Assembly (NCBI GenBank): GCA_045586465.1
Contig: JAZNAI010000253.1
Coordinates: 1-39,866, forward strand
Direction: 5' to 3'
Length of the DNA: 39,866 bases
Origin: Acutalibacteraceae bacterium
Lineage (GTDB): Bacteria > Bacillota > Clostridia > Oscillospirales > Acutalibacteraceae
The translations under genes and the position numbers were made by a program. Positions 1 through 10,034 of this stretch are shown here, piece by piece; position 1 is the stretch's first letter; every line of letters starts with the position of its first letter. The notes under the pieces are model-generated. The model was not told the origin of the DNA. It saw nothing but the letters and a program-made list of their open reading frames with translations, and did not search any database.

Positions 1-1
1 G

Positions 2-1168
2 AAGACAATAGTAGGCCTCAACTCCTTGGCCCACAGAACGACATGGCTACGATCCGACTTCGGCGGTACGGAAAAGGACTTTTCCGCAGTAAGGCTTAAT
101 AATGACAAGGTAAGAATTACCGCCCTCAAAAAAGCTCAGGACTCCGACAGAATAATTTTCCGCGTTATGAACAGTTCGGGAGAAAAAGCGGAATCCGTTG
201 AAGCAGCCTTCCCCTTGCCCGTAAAGGAAGCTTATGAGGTAAGAGGCGACGAGATTGAGCTTGATGCTTACCCCGTATCGGACGGAAGACTTCATTTCAG
301 CATCGACGGAAATTCAATAAGAAGCTTTGCTCTCGTTTTTGAGGGTCAGAAGGAGTGTACGGAAGCAGGCACTCCTCTGCAGATTAAATGTAATGCAAGG
401 GGCATTACATCGGACAATGACAGAGAAAGCTCAACACTTAAAAACGGAGTATCCGTACCTCTTGAAATTACACCTGACGAGCTTTTATATGCAGGCGTCA
501 GATATAAGCATTCAAAGGAATCCGGCAATAATGCTCTGGTCTGCGACGGAAGCACCTTAAAGGCAGATGGTGACAAGTTATATCTTCTTCTTACATCTCT
601 TTCGGGAGAAAAGAAGGTAAAATTCACAAGCGGCAGCAAGGAAACTGAGGTTACCGTTCCCGGCTGCTTCGCTCCCCTCGGACACTGGGATCTAATGCAG
701 CAGGGGCTTACAGGCTTTATAAATCCCGTTCCTCAGGCACATACCTTTACCCACACTCACAATAAAAACGGCAATATGACTGCAAAACAGTTCTATGTTT
801 TCAGTGTTGAAATCCCCCTTGACGGAAACGAGTTAATTCTTCCGAAGGATTCCGATATAGTCATTTTTGCCGCAACTGCTTCTTGGGGAAACGGCATATT
901 CATAAAGGGAGATGAGCATTTTGACTCTCTTGCAAAGCGTGAATTTGACTACGAATTCTCCGATTATGCAAAAAAATATATGTCCCCCAACAAAATCGAG
1001 CTATTCCTTGACAAATTCATAGACAGAACCTTTTCAATGTATGTAAAGCTTGGAGAATTCCATAACAAATATGCTTTTGATGAAGCTTACTACATACTAA
1101 GAAGTCTGAACCACAGACGAACCTATAAAAAGGATGCGGAAAAACTCAGAAACAACCGTAGAAAATAA
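2..1168 (+). CDS. C-terminal part of a GH38-type alpha-mannosidase-like glycoside hydrolase (5' end lies outside the window)
   Basis: The frame is open from base 2, with no stop before the TTG at 26 used by the ORF track, so the gene starts upstream. 'VRITALKKAQDSDRIIFRVMNSSGE...EAYEVRGDEIE' resembles the C-terminal beta-sandwich pattern of GH38 enzymes. This is a family call from memory only. Confidence 0.45.
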   Translation, partial: KTIVGLNSLAHRTTWLRSDFGGTEKDFSAVRLNNDKVRITALKKAQDSDRIIFRVMNSSGEKAESVEAAFPLPVKEAYEVRGDEIELDAYPVSDGRLHFSIDGNSIRSFALVFEGQKECTEAGTPLQIKCNARGITSDNDRESSTLKNGVSVPLEITPDELLYAGVRYKHSKESGNNALVCDGSTLKADGDKLYLLLTSLSGEKKVKFTSGSKETEVTVPGCFAPLGHWDLMQQGLTGFINPVPQAHTFTHTHNKNGNMTAKQFYVFSVEIPLDGNELILPKDSDIVIFAATASWGNGIFIKGDEHFDSLAKREFDYEFSDYAKKYMSPNKIELFLDKFIDRTFSMYVKLGEFHNKYAFDEAYYILRSLNHRRTYKKDAEKLRNNRRK

Positions 1169-1235
1169 TATTTTTATTGTAAACTGTTACACTATTTGCT
1201 AACATAAAATTAACAATATTTTCGGGGTGATATTT

Positions 1236-2834
1236 ATGGAAAACAACAATTCTTCGAATGCAAAAACCTTTGAGGAACTGCGCCTCAAAGAGCAACAGTT
1301 TTATGTAGGCGAAACGCAGGACCGCCGTTATGTCGGCGCAAAGGAAACTCTCGGCTTCGTTATCTGGGATGCCGCACAGAGCTTCAATATCAATACCTAC
1401 TCCACCCGTTTCATTACGAGTATCGTAGGGGTTGATCTCGGACTTCAGACAATCGTAAATTCAATCAACAGCGTATGGGACATTGTAAACGACATCTTTT
1501 TCGGCACTATCGTTGATAAAACCCGTACCCGTTGGGGTAAGTTCAGACCTTACCTTCTCTTCCTTGCAGTTCCCGGATGTATTCTTACATCAATGTACTG
1601 GCTTATGCCCTATTTCTTCGCAGGCACGGCACAGACAAATATGATAAAATTCGCGTTTTATCTTCTTCTGACGGTTGTGCGTGAAGGTATAACCACCTTC
1701 CAGACAATTTCAAGAACGGGTCTTATGTCAACCATAACACCGCATCCGAATGACCGAACAAGGCTTATAACAATGGCAAATTTCGCCTCCGGCTTCTTCG
1801 GGGAAAAGCTTCCCGAGCAGGCTGTAACCATTCTGATTGATGTTCTGAGAAGTAAATATCTTGAAAATTCCGAACAGCTTTCAAAGGCATATACGGGTCT
1901 GTTTTCCGGTATGGGTGTCTTCACAACTCTCTGTTCAAGTGCTTCCTCCTTCTGGTTCTTCAGAATGTCAAAGGAAAGAGTTATGCAGTCCATAAAATCC
2001 CCCAGTGTTCTCATGTCAATAAAATCAGTCATAAACAACAAACCTCTTCTTCTCATCACACTTTCTGACTTCTTAAGCGGATTCGCAATCAAGGGCAGCC
2101 AGGATGACTACTACACAGATGTTCTTCACTTCTCTTCAATGACACTTGTTGCAGGTATTCCTGCCGCACCCATAAGCCCTGCCAGCTATGCATGGGTTCC
2201 CTGGATGAGAAGACATTTCTCAAGCCGTCTGCTTTACATCCTTGCAAAAGAAATCGGTAACATCCTTTACATCCCCGTATTCTTCTTCGGCTGTCTCGGT
2301 ATGAAAAAGGACTTTTCGGGCGGTATGTATCAGAAAATAGTTCCCATGGGTATTGCAATGGCTCTCTGGGAAATTATATGGACACTGTTCTTCGGTCTTA
2401 AATCCGTTATCGGCACGGAAATGTACAACGAAGCAATGGACTACTGCGAATGGAAAAACGGTTACCGAACAGAGGCTATGGCTTCCGTTACAAAGGATAT
2501 TGCAGCAAAAATTTCATCAAATACAAGCAATGTTGTTACAACCGCAATCAAGAAGCTTGTGGGCTACGAGGTCAACGCCTTCAGACAGGGCACGGAGCAG
2601 ACCGATAAGGTTAAGTTCTACCTCTTCGCAATGTTCACCATCATTCCTGCCGTTACGGGCTCTCTCGGTATTATCCCCATGCTTTTCTACGATCTCAACA
2701 ACGAAAAGAAGGAAGCTATGTACAAGGAGCTTCTCGCGCGCCGTATGATGATGACCAAGGTTGTTGAAAATGCAGATGCCGAAACTCTCGAATCTATGGC
2801 GGCAGAGCAGATTACCATTGATTCTAAAAAATAA
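1236..2834 (+). CDS. GPH/MFS-type glycoside-pentoside-hexuronide:cation symporter family transporter
   Basis: Polytopic hydrophobic protein of about 530 aa with a GPH-like N-terminus ('LGFVIWDAAQSF', 'DIFFGTIVDKTRTRWGKFRPYLL'). I prefer the ATG at 1236, which has a GGGGTGA Shine-Dalgarno 5 nt upstream, over the GTG at 1227. Confidence 0.7.
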   Translation: MENNNSSNAKTFEELRLKEQQFYVGETQDRRYVGAKETLGFVIWDAAQSFNINTYSTRFITSIVGVDLGLQTIVNSINSVWDIVNDIFFGTIVDKTRTRWGKFRPYLLFLAVPGCILTSMYWLMPYFFAGTAQTNMIKFAFYLLLTVVREGITTFQTISRTGLMSTITPHPNDRTRLITMANFASGFFGEKLPEQAVTILIDVLRSKYLENSEQLSKAYTGLFSGMGVFTTLCSSASSFWFFRMSKERVMQSIKSPSVLMSIKSVINNKPLLLITLSDFLSGFAIKGSQDDYYTDVLHFSSMTLVAGIPAAPISPASYAWVPWMRRHFSSRLLYILAKEIGNILYIPVFFFGCLGMKKDFSGGMYQKIVPMGIAMALWEIIWTLFFGLKSVIGTEMYNEAMDYCEWKNGYRTEAMASVTKDIAAKISSNTSNVVTTAIKKLVGYEVNAFRQGTEQTDKVKFYLFAMFTIIPAVTGSLGIIPMLFYDLNNEKKEAMYKELLARRMMMTKVVENADAETLESMAAEQITIDSKK

Positions 2835-2849
2835 TTCAAGGATATAATT

Positions 2850-4013
2850 ATGGAAGTAAGATATCTTGCCAATGACAGTGAGGCAGTTGAATACCTGAAG
2901 GTATCCGCCGCTTCATTTATATGGAAATTTGATAAAAATGAGGACACACACTGTGAAATGCCCGTGCTCGGTGCATTTCACGAGGGTAGGCTCATAGCAG
3001 GTGTGGAAATATTTGATTTTCAGACCAACTTCTGCGGCAAAGCCTTAGGAAGCGTTATTGTAAGCGGTGTCTGTTCTCAACCTGAATTCAGACGTATGGG
3101 CGGAATAAGGGAAATTTTCGATAAAATTGCAGAAACGGCAGAAGACAATAACCGGGCAATCGGTTTTTTGCATCCCTTTTCGATTTCATATTACGAAAAA
3201 TTCGGCTATGCGAATCTTAACCGGATGTTCGCAATAAAGGTTCCTTTTGAGAATATCAAAAATATTCCCCGTAATACCGATGCCGTTCTTTTTACGGGCG
3301 AACAGCTCCCCGAGCTTTGCGAGCTGCACAATAAATGTGCTCTGAAAGAAAATCTTATCTGCTTCAGAAACGATAAAAAGCATTTCTGTGACACACCTCT
3401 TGAAAGCGCAGATTACACCTATCTTCACTATGACAAAAACGGTACCGCTGACGGTTACGTAAGATTTACCGTCAAGCGTCCCGAGGTACTGACTGTTGAA
3501 GAATTATTCGTACTCTCCCCCGAGGCACTTCTCGGACTTGTGGGTTTTCTTCGCAACTATGACGGTCTTGTGAAGTATCTTATGGTAAAAAATCAGTATC
3601 AGGGCTCACCCTTTGCTATTATTGCCGACCGCATTGACGAGGTGCGATATGAGCACGGCGGCGGTGTTGCGGCACGTATTTACAATCTTAAAGCAGTTCT
3701 TGAAAATAATGCTTATCCCCGGGAATACGGAAAATTCCGCCTTAAAAGCATTGACCCCATAAGCCGTAACAACGGTGTATTTGAGGTTGAATACGAAAAC
3801 GGCAAGGCAGAAATAACCTATAAAGAAGACGGTGACTATGACATTGCCCTTACGCCCCCTGCTGCCGCAAAGCTTCTTCTTGCAGGTGAGGGGCACAACA
3901 GGGATTCTGCCGTTTTCATTGACGGTGTTGATCTGAAAAACGATGCCGAAGGCTTTTTCCGGGCATTCCCCCACCGCATCACACGTTTTGCGGACAGCTG
4001 TTGGTCAATTTAA
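2850..4013 (+). CDS. Eis-like GNAT N-acetyltransferase with C-terminal SCP2-like domain
   Basis: Acetyl-CoA binding motif 'VCSQPEFRRMGGIREIF', then 'FLHPFSISYYEKFGY'. The roughly 390 aa length and C-terminal beta-rich domain are typical of the Eis/three-domain GNAT family. AAGGA RBS upstream. Confidence 0.6.
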   Translation: MEVRYLANDSEAVEYLKVSAASFIWKFDKNEDTHCEMPVLGAFHEGRLIAGVEIFDFQTNFCGKALGSVIVSGVCSQPEFRRMGGIREIFDKIAETAEDNNRAIGFLHPFSISYYEKFGYANLNRMFAIKVPFENIKNIPRNTDAVLFTGEQLPELCELHNKCALKENLICFRNDKKHFCDTPLESADYTYLHYDKNGTADGYVRFTVKRPEVLTVEELFVLSPEALLGLVGFLRNYDGLVKYLMVKNQYQGSPFAIIADRIDEVRYEHGGGVAARIYNLKAVLENNAYPREYGKFRLKSIDPISRNNGVFEVEYENGKAEITYKEDGDYDIALTPPAAAKLLLAGEGHNRDSAVFIDGVDLKNDAEGFFRAFPHRITRFADSCWSI

Positions 4014-4033
4014 ATTTTTGAGGAGAGATAAAA

Positions 4034-5965
4034 ATGATAAGGGCTAAAAAATTTCTGAGTCTCGCACTGACTTTTTGCATTGCCTTTTCCCTGCTTGTAT
4101 TTGAAGGCTTTTCTGCGGAAAATACTGATTTTGATATAACAAAAGCCGTTATCGTAAAAAGCGAAAATTCAAGCATAACAGACAGCTATGCGGCAGAGAG
4201 ACTGAAATATTACCTTGACGAAATCACGGGCGGTAATATTGAGATAATCACGGATAACAGTGAAGCGGAATATGAAATTTCGGTCGGTGCAACCCTTCGT
4301 TCCGATTTCGACTTCACGGATGCTCCCGACGGAAGCTACAAAATAACCTCTGACAGTAAAAGAATAATCATCGGCGGTGCAGGAAGCAAGGGTACAATAA
4401 ACGGTGTTTATTATTTTCTCGAAACCTACTGTGACTGTCATTGGTACGAGGCTGAGGTTATAATCATCCCCGAAAACGAAAATCTTTGTGTGCCCTCTGA
4501 TATAAATATCAGCTATACTCCTTTCTTTGAATATTCGGAAACCGATACAAACAGCTCAAGAGACCCAGAATTTGCAGTAGCAAACGGTGTTACGGGCGGC
4601 ATTTACAAAAAGCTCTCCCCCGAGCAGGGCTACACCGTAGATTACATCGGCGGCTCAAGCCACACCCTTGTAAACCGTTATTGCAAGCCCTCAATATACT
4701 TTGAATCCCACCCCGAATATTATGCTCTTGTTGACGGCACACGTGTACCCGACCAGCTCTGCCTTACCAATGAAGAGGTAAAAAATATCGTTACTCAGGA
4801 GGCTTTGGCACTTCTTGAAGAAAAATACAATCCCGATGCTCCCCTGCAGATTCTTTCCGTCACTCAGGCAGATAACGGAAATTACTGCACCTGCACTACC
4901 TGCAAGGCTCTTGACGATGCAAACGGTTCTCAGGCGGGCACAATGCTGACCTTTGTAAACGAAATCGCGGCAAGAATCAGTGCAACGGGCAAATACCCCA
5001 ACCTTGCAATTGATACCTTTGCATATCAGTACACAAGACAGGCTCCTTCAAATGTTGTTCCCCGTGATGATGTTATTGTCCGTCTTTGCTCCATTGAGTG
5101 CTGTTTCGGTCATACTCTTGACGATCCGGACTGCAAGGAAAATGTAAAATTTATGGAAGATCTCAGGGAATGGAGCAGCATCTGCGACAGACTTTATATC
5201 TGGAACTACAATCTTAACTGTGACGAAAGCGTAAATATCTATGCAAATTTCGGTACTCTTCAGAGAAACACTCAGATTTTCTATGAGCACAACGTAAAGG
5301 GTATTTATCAGCAGGGTATTTTCTACATAGACGAATGTGACGCTGAGTTTGCTGAAATGAAGACCTATCTTCTCTCAAAGCTTATGCAGAATCCTTATCT
5401 TGATTATGAAAAGGAAATGACAGGCTACCTTATCGGTGTTTACGGTCCCGGAGGAATTTACCTCAAGGAATTCATTGATATAGTAACCGAGCATGCCGTA
5501 ACAAAAATCTCACACCTTTATCTTGAGCAGGATTCACGCTTCTCCCTTCCCGGAATGACAATCTGTGACGTGAACAGATGCGACGAGCTCTGGGAAATGG
5601 CAAAAGCCGAGGCCGAAAATGAAGAGCAGATGCAGCAGATTCTCCGCTCCGAGCTTTGCTGGAGATACTGGAAATGCTCCAATATGTACTCCGAATTTTC
5701 AAGATTACAGCACCCCTACCTCTGGATGAAAGCAAATAAGGATCTCTATAACGATTTTGTGGCAATGGGTGTTACCCGTATGGGTGAACGCGTAGGTCAC
5801 GACCTTTCAAGCAACGATTTAAGACATCTGACAAGAAGAATCTACACCTGGATAACCCTCTATGACGAGCCTATATGGGATGCAATTAATCCTTACGCCG
5901 TTATGGCATACGAATTCCTCGAAAAAACCTACGTTTTCTTCCACCCCATGTCCTATTCAGAATAA
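4034..5965 (+). CDS. Secreted DUF4838-family (GH20-like fold) putative glycoside hydrolase
   Basis: N-terminal signal peptide (MIRAKKFLSLALTFCIAFSLLVFEGFSAEN). 'ITSDSKRIIIGGAGSKGTINGVYYFLE' and the following TIM-barrel-like region match my memory of DUF4838 proteins. GAGGAG RBS. Confidence 0.5.
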   Translation: MIRAKKFLSLALTFCIAFSLLVFEGFSAENTDFDITKAVIVKSENSSITDSYAAERLKYYLDEITGGNIEIITDNSEAEYEISVGATLRSDFDFTDAPDGSYKITSDSKRIIIGGAGSKGTINGVYYFLETYCDCHWYEAEVIIIPENENLCVPSDINISYTPFFEYSETDTNSSRDPEFAVANGVTGGIYKKLSPEQGYTVDYIGGSSHTLVNRYCKPSIYFESHPEYYALVDGTRVPDQLCLTNEEVKNIVTQEALALLEEKYNPDAPLQILSVTQADNGNYCTCTTCKALDDANGSQAGTMLTFVNEIAARISATGKYPNLAIDTFAYQYTRQAPSNVVPRDDVIVRLCSIECCFGHTLDDPDCKENVKFMEDLREWSSICDRLYIWNYNLNCDESVNIYANFGTLQRNTQIFYEHNVKGIYQQGIFYIDECDAEFAEMKTYLLSKLMQNPYLDYEKEMTGYLIGVYGPGGIYLKEFIDIVTEHAVTKISHLYLEQDSRFSLPGMTICDVNRCDELWEMAKAEAENEEQMQQILRSELCWRYWKCSNMYSEFSRLQHPYLWMKANKDLYNDFVAMGVTRMGERVGHDLSSNDLRHLTRRIYTWITLYDEPIWDAINPYAVMAYEFLEKTYVFFHPMSYSE

Positions 5966-5966
5966 C

Positions 5967-6006
5967 GAAAAAAGTGATTGCAGAGCTTATCTGTAATCAC
6001 TTTTTT
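5967..6006. terminator. Bidirectional intrinsic terminator between convergent genes
   Basis: 10-bp stem gtgattgcag (5974-5983) / ctgtaatcac (5991-6000) with one G.U pair and a 7-nt loop, flanked by an A-run (5967-5973) and a T-run (6001-6006). Confidence 0.6.
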
Positions 6007-6018
6007 GCTGTCTGTTTT

Positions 6019-7395
6019 TTATCTGAATCTTTTTACAAATTCCTTATAGAAGAGGACACATTCGCCGATATTTTTAATCTTTATGTGCTCGTTGGCGCTG
6101 TGAATTGAAGCAAACTGCTTTTTATCAAGGTCAATGGGCGCAAAACGGAGAATACTGTCCGCAACGTCAGAAAATCTTCTTGCATCCGTGCCTGCCGTAA
6201 GAAGGAAGGGAGCTACGATTACATCGGGGAAATGCTCATTCATAATCTCCTTCAAAAGCTTATAAGGCTCAGAGTCAAAGGATGAGGGCTGACAGTAATC
6301 TCTTTCAATTTCTTCAATTTCCGCTCCGTATTTCTCAGCAATTTTCTTTATTTTTTCAAGACCTCTGAGCAAATCATCCTCACGCACACAGCGAAGGAAC
6401 ATTGTTGCTTCCGCTTCCTTTCCCCTTATCTGAGGGTCTTCCTTCGTGCCGGCAAAGATATTGGTAAAGGTAATGCTTGTGGAAAGCATAGCCTTTGTCT
6501 GGGGAATACCCAGCATTATTTTTTTGATAAGAGGAGAAAACAGCGTAAGATTTCCGAAAAGGATATTAAGCGGAAAAGACATATAAGGAGCGTGTGTTTC
6601 GAAGGTGCCTCTTACCTCAGAGGAGAATGCTCCCTTATATATTTTCCTTGTGCTTACCTCATTTATAAATTGAGTAAGCCTTAAAATAGCACTGTCATCG
6701 GATGGATTGAGACCGCCGTGCCCCTTGGCGCTTGCCTTGGTTTTTACCTTATAAAGATGACGGCTTTTTTCGTGAACGGCTACCATTGCGCTCTTATTTT
6801 TCACACCGGGAATCATTCCCTCGGTAATAGCTCCGCCCTCGTCAAGCACAGCATCAAAGTGTATGCCGTTTTCCTTAAAGTAACGGGTTGCAAGCACCAT
6901 TCCCTCACCGCATACCTCTTCGTTATCGGAGGAGCCTATATATACGTTTACACCTTCAAAGCCGTATCCTTCCGAGAGCAGCTCCTCACATGCCTGAAGC
7001 TGAGCAAACAAGGGAGTTTTTGTATCAATGGTACCTCTGCCCCACAAGGCATCATCCTTTATAACTGCATTGAAGGGGTCTGTTTCCCAGGAATCATCCC
7101 CTTCTACGACGTCGTGATGAGACATAAGCATTATATTCTTCTCGGCATTTCTGCCCCTTATAACGTAAACAAAACAGCCGTCACCGAAAACAAGCTTCTC
7201 TGCCTTTTCTGAAATTAAAGGAAAGGTCTCCTTAAGAACTGAATAAAATTTCTCATATTCCGACCTGTTTTCACCGTTTCTTGTAAAAACGGTTTTACAG
7301 TCAATCATCCTTTTGAGCTTTTGGGCATATTCCTCATTTTTTACGGAGCTTACATTTTTACGGTTTTCTTCACCCGATAAATTTCTTTTTTTCAT
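6019..7395 (-). CDS. M20-family metallopeptidase / amidohydrolase
   Basis: 'MLMSHHDVVEGDDSWETDPFNAVIKDDALWGRGTIDTK' and 'SSDNEEVCGEG' are the M20 metal-ligand/catalytic motifs (H-x-D, D, EE). The start ATG overlaps the upstream transporter stop by 1 nt (TAATG). Confidence 0.7.
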   Translation of the reverse strand: MKKRNLSGEENRKNVSSVKNEEYAQKLKRMIDCKTVFTRNGENRSEYEKFYSVLKETFPLISEKAEKLVFGDGCFVYVIRGRNAEKNIMLMSHHDVVEGDDSWETDPFNAVIKDDALWGRGTIDTKTPLFAQLQACEELLSEGYGFEGVNVYIGSSDNEEVCGEGMVLATRYFKENGIHFDAVLDEGGAITEGMIPGVKNKSAMVAVHEKSRHLYKVKTKASAKGHGGLNPSDDSAILRLTQFINEVSTRKIYKGAFSSEVRGTFETHAPYMSFPLNILFGNLTLFSPLIKKIMLGIPQTKAMLSTSITFTNIFAGTKEDPQIRGKEAEATMFLRCVREDDLLRGLEKIKKIAEKYGAEIEEIERDYCQPSSFDSEPYKLLKEIMNEHFPDVIVAPFLLTAGTDARRFSDVADSILRFAPIDLDKKQFASIHSANEHIKIKNIGECVLFYKEFVKRFR

Positions 7396-8786
7396 TATTT
7401 ACTTTCACCTCTGTACTTTTCAATGGTTGAGGTAACCTTTTTATCGTTATAGAAGACAAAGATAACAAGAGAAAGAAGGCTGAAAATACCTGCAAATACA
7501 CCCGTAAGCTTAACGCCCTGAAGACCTACGGATTCACCCTCAAGGGCACCGACGGCCAGAATACTTGAAACACCCATCATTGCAATAGCCGAGCAGATTT
7601 TCTCTATAAAGGTCTTTACGGCAGAAAATATGCCCTCACGGTTAACACCGTTTACAAGGCAGTCGCACTGAATAATATCGGAAACAACAGACTGAGGAAG
7701 AATGTTTATTGCGGCAAAGGGGAATGAAACTATAACGCCCATTGCAAGACCTATAAAAAGCTCATTTCCGGGAGCAAGAGCGGCAATTTTGTCACCGAAA
7801 TAAATAAGTCCGAAAACTGCTGTAAATACCACGCTTGCAATTATAAGGGAGAGCTTTTTGTTGTATTTTCTGCTCATTTTGATTATCAACGGGAACAGAC
7901 ATATTGCAACGGCTATAGCCGAGAGCATAACAAGGAAGGACTGCGATTCGGGCACGTTCAGAAGCATTGTTATGTAATAGAGCATTGCTGTCTGGAAAAA
8001 TGCCATTGAAACACCGCTGAAAAGGACACCGAGGCTGAAAATAACGAAATTCTTATTCTTGAAAACAAGTGCAAAGGACTTAAGCATTGATTCCTTGGGC
8101 TTCGTGTTTTCCGTAACGTATTCCTTTTCATTGAAGGCATAAGCACTCAGAAGCAGACAGGTAATGCCGATAGCGGCAAAAACGGCAAACACCGTTCTCC
8201 ATGCCCACAAGGGTGAAAAACCTGCATTCTTAAGCATATCAACAAATAAGGTTGCCGCATACATAAATGAGCTTGAGCCCATAAAGAATACCGTGCTGAC
8301 ACCGTAATAGCCGACTCTTACCTTAGCGTCGGGAATAATCTCAGGAACAAGTGCATTTTTGGGAATAAAATAGAAGGTATATGAAGTATAGTAGGTTACA
8401 AGGAAGAAGCCGACCCATAATGCATTAAGCGCCGAGCCCTCCTTAAATGGAGCAAAGAAAATAAGAAGCACGGACAAAGCGTAAGGGATGGCGGCATAGC
8501 GGAGAAACGGCATTCTTCTGCCTGCCTTGTGCTTACATTTATCCGAGAGAGAAGCCACAATAGGATCCGTTACGGCATCCACAATTTTACCGACAGCGGT
8601 AATAAGTGCCATAACGGTAATGAAGCCGAGAAGCTTGTTTTCGGGAAGAAGCACGGGAAGTCCGCTTTTTACAGTCGGCTGAAAGAAATAAAGAAGGTAG
8701 TTACCTATCATACCGTTGAATAAGCCCTTTGCAATATCAGCAAGGCAGTAACGGTACATTTTGCTTTTTGGCAATGCTTTTGTCAT
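7395..8786 (-). CDS. GPH/MFS-type sugar:cation symporter family transporter
   Basis: About 12 predicted TM helices with a GPH-like 'DAVTDPIVASLSDKCKHKAGRRMPFL' loop. I prefer the ATG at 8786 (GGTGA RBS 5 nt upstream) to the GTG at 8795. Confidence 0.7.
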   Translation of the reverse strand: MTKALPKSKMYRYCLADIAKGLFNGMIGNYLLYFFQPTVKSGLPVLLPENKLLGFITVMALITAVGKIVDAVTDPIVASLSDKCKHKAGRRMPFLRYAAIPYALSVLLIFFAPFKEGSALNALWVGFFLVTYYTSYTFYFIPKNALVPEIIPDAKVRVGYYGVSTVFFMGSSSFMYAATLFVDMLKNAGFSPLWAWRTVFAVFAAIGITCLLLSAYAFNEKEYVTENTKPKESMLKSFALVFKNKNFVIFSLGVLFSGVSMAFFQTAMLYYITMLLNVPESQSFLVMLSAIAVAICLFPLIIKMSRKYNKKLSLIIASVVFTAVFGLIYFGDKIAALAPGNELFIGLAMGVIVSFPFAAINILPQSVVSDIIQCDCLVNGVNREGIFSAVKTFIEKICSAIAMMGVSSILAVGALEGESVGLQGVKLTGVFAGIFSLLSLVIFVFYNDKKVTSTIEKYRGESK

Positions 8787-8887
8787 TTTAATCACCTTTT
8801 CTGTGAATATTTATTCATAAAATACATTTTATCACGAATATTGCATTATTATTTCCTAAAAAGAAGAATAAAGATTTAAACAAAAAA

Positions 8888-8908
8888 GAGCAGGTAAATT
8901 ACCTGCTC
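8888..8908 (-). terminator. Intrinsic terminator after the Ntn-hydrolase gene
   Basis: Perfect 9-bp stem gagcaggta/tacctgctc with a 3-nt loop. On the minus strand it is followed by a T-run (forward A-run 8882-8887). Confidence 0.6.
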
Positions 8909-8923
8909 AAAAATCAATAATAA

Positions 8924-9997
8924 TCATTTTGCACTGTACGTATAAACATCCTCATAATTCATATCTGCGCAAAGATTAAGCGTAGCCGCAGTAAGATCGT
9001 AAAGGGAGGACCATTGTGTAGAATACACTCTTCCCTTTTCATCAGGGTCGGTTCCCTTGATTCTCACTGCCTCAAGAAGCTCCATGCCCTCTTTTGCACT
9101 GAGAACGGATTTCTTTTCAGTAAGAGTGCTTTCAAGAATCTCATAGCGGTCAAGCCCCTGCTTTTCATATTCAAAGGGAACGTCGTGAAGATAGAAATTT
9201 GTTGCGGCAATAAAACCGTTTTCTTTTTCTGTTATTATCATTTCATTCTCGACATAAGAAACAACCACACTCTTACCCGCAGCATCCGCAATCTGGAAAT
9301 GATAACAGCCCTTTGCTGCGGCAAACATATCAAAGCCCCTGAGAAGCTCAATTGCTTCGTCTGTAGTAGCACACTTATCAAGCATTGCTCTTATGGCAAG
9401 TGTTGTGCCGACGTCGGGTTTTCCGTTATCCTGTGCAGTAGCAGGAGCCTGAAGCTGCAGCACGCCTACTGCAAGACCTTTTTCATTCACACCGTCAAGG
9501 GGGAAGTATGCAGTTGCAAGCATATTTATTCTGTCAAGAAGCTGATCGGGAGTATATTCCGTATTATAGCCGAGAAAGCTTAAATTAACAACTGCAACAG
9601 AGCTGTAGCCGTCCTTGGGCGCAGTTTTAACCACGCAAAGGTCAGTTGTCTGATTATCAAGATTTCTGCCGAAAATATATCCTTTTTCAGGAGTTTGTGC
9701 ATAAAAAGTCGAACAGGCAAGATTCGGAATCTCATAAGGCACTTCAATAGGAAGACCTTTAAGCATAGTTTTGATTATATACTGCACAAGCTGATCCTCC
9801 GTTGAAGCACCGCCTGCATCAAGAAGCTCCTGAAGCTTGTAATCTGCCGCATAATTGATTTCATAAATGCCTGTATCTCCGTTTTCCTTCACGGAAAGCA
9901 GGGTTCTTGCCTCACCCTGAAAAACTGCAAGTGCCGCAATTACAACAACAAGTAAGACTGCCGCAACAGCAATAAGTATTTTTTTTCCTTTTTTCAT
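8924..9997 (-). CDS. Membrane-anchored Ntn-hydrolase superfamily protein (C45 / choloylglycine-hydrolase-like linear amide hydrolase)
   Basis: N-terminal anchor 'KKILIAVAAVLLVVVIAALAVF', then a pro-region and a candidate nucleophile Cys in 'PNLACSTFYAQTPEKGYIFGRNLD'. The start is set at M33 of the track ORF because GGGAGAAGAG lies just upstream. Confidence 0.5.
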   Translation of the reverse strand: MKKGKKILIAVAAVLLVVVIAALAVFQGEARTLLSVKENGDTGIYEINYAADYKLQELLDAGGASTEDQLVQYIIKTMLKGLPIEVPYEIPNLACSTFYAQTPEKGYIFGRNLDNQTTDLCVVKTAPKDGYSSVAVVNLSFLGYNTEYTPDQLLDRINMLATAYFPLDGVNEKGLAVGVLQLQAPATAQDNGKPDVGTTLAIRAMLDKCATTDEAIELLRGFDMFAAAKGCYHFQIADAAGKSVVVSYVENEMIITEKENGFIAATNFYLHDVPFEYEKQGLDRYEILESTLTEKKSVLSAKEGMELLEAVRIKGTDPDEKGRVYSTQWSSLYDLTAATLNLCADMNYEDVYTYSAK

Positions 9998-10034
9998 AAT
10001 CTCTTCTCCCTTTTTCTTAAAGTATATATTGATA

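Noticed and set aside
1658-2748. Several ORFs of 89-144 aa overlapping the first GPH transporter gene. Similar overlapping ORFs occur at 6718-7212, 9014-9583, 10659-11075, 12177-12509, 26694-27131 and 32616-33221.
   Set aside because: All are antisense or out-of-frame inside long ORFs that have clear family motifs and proper RBS/start contexts. I treat them as non-coding shadow frames.
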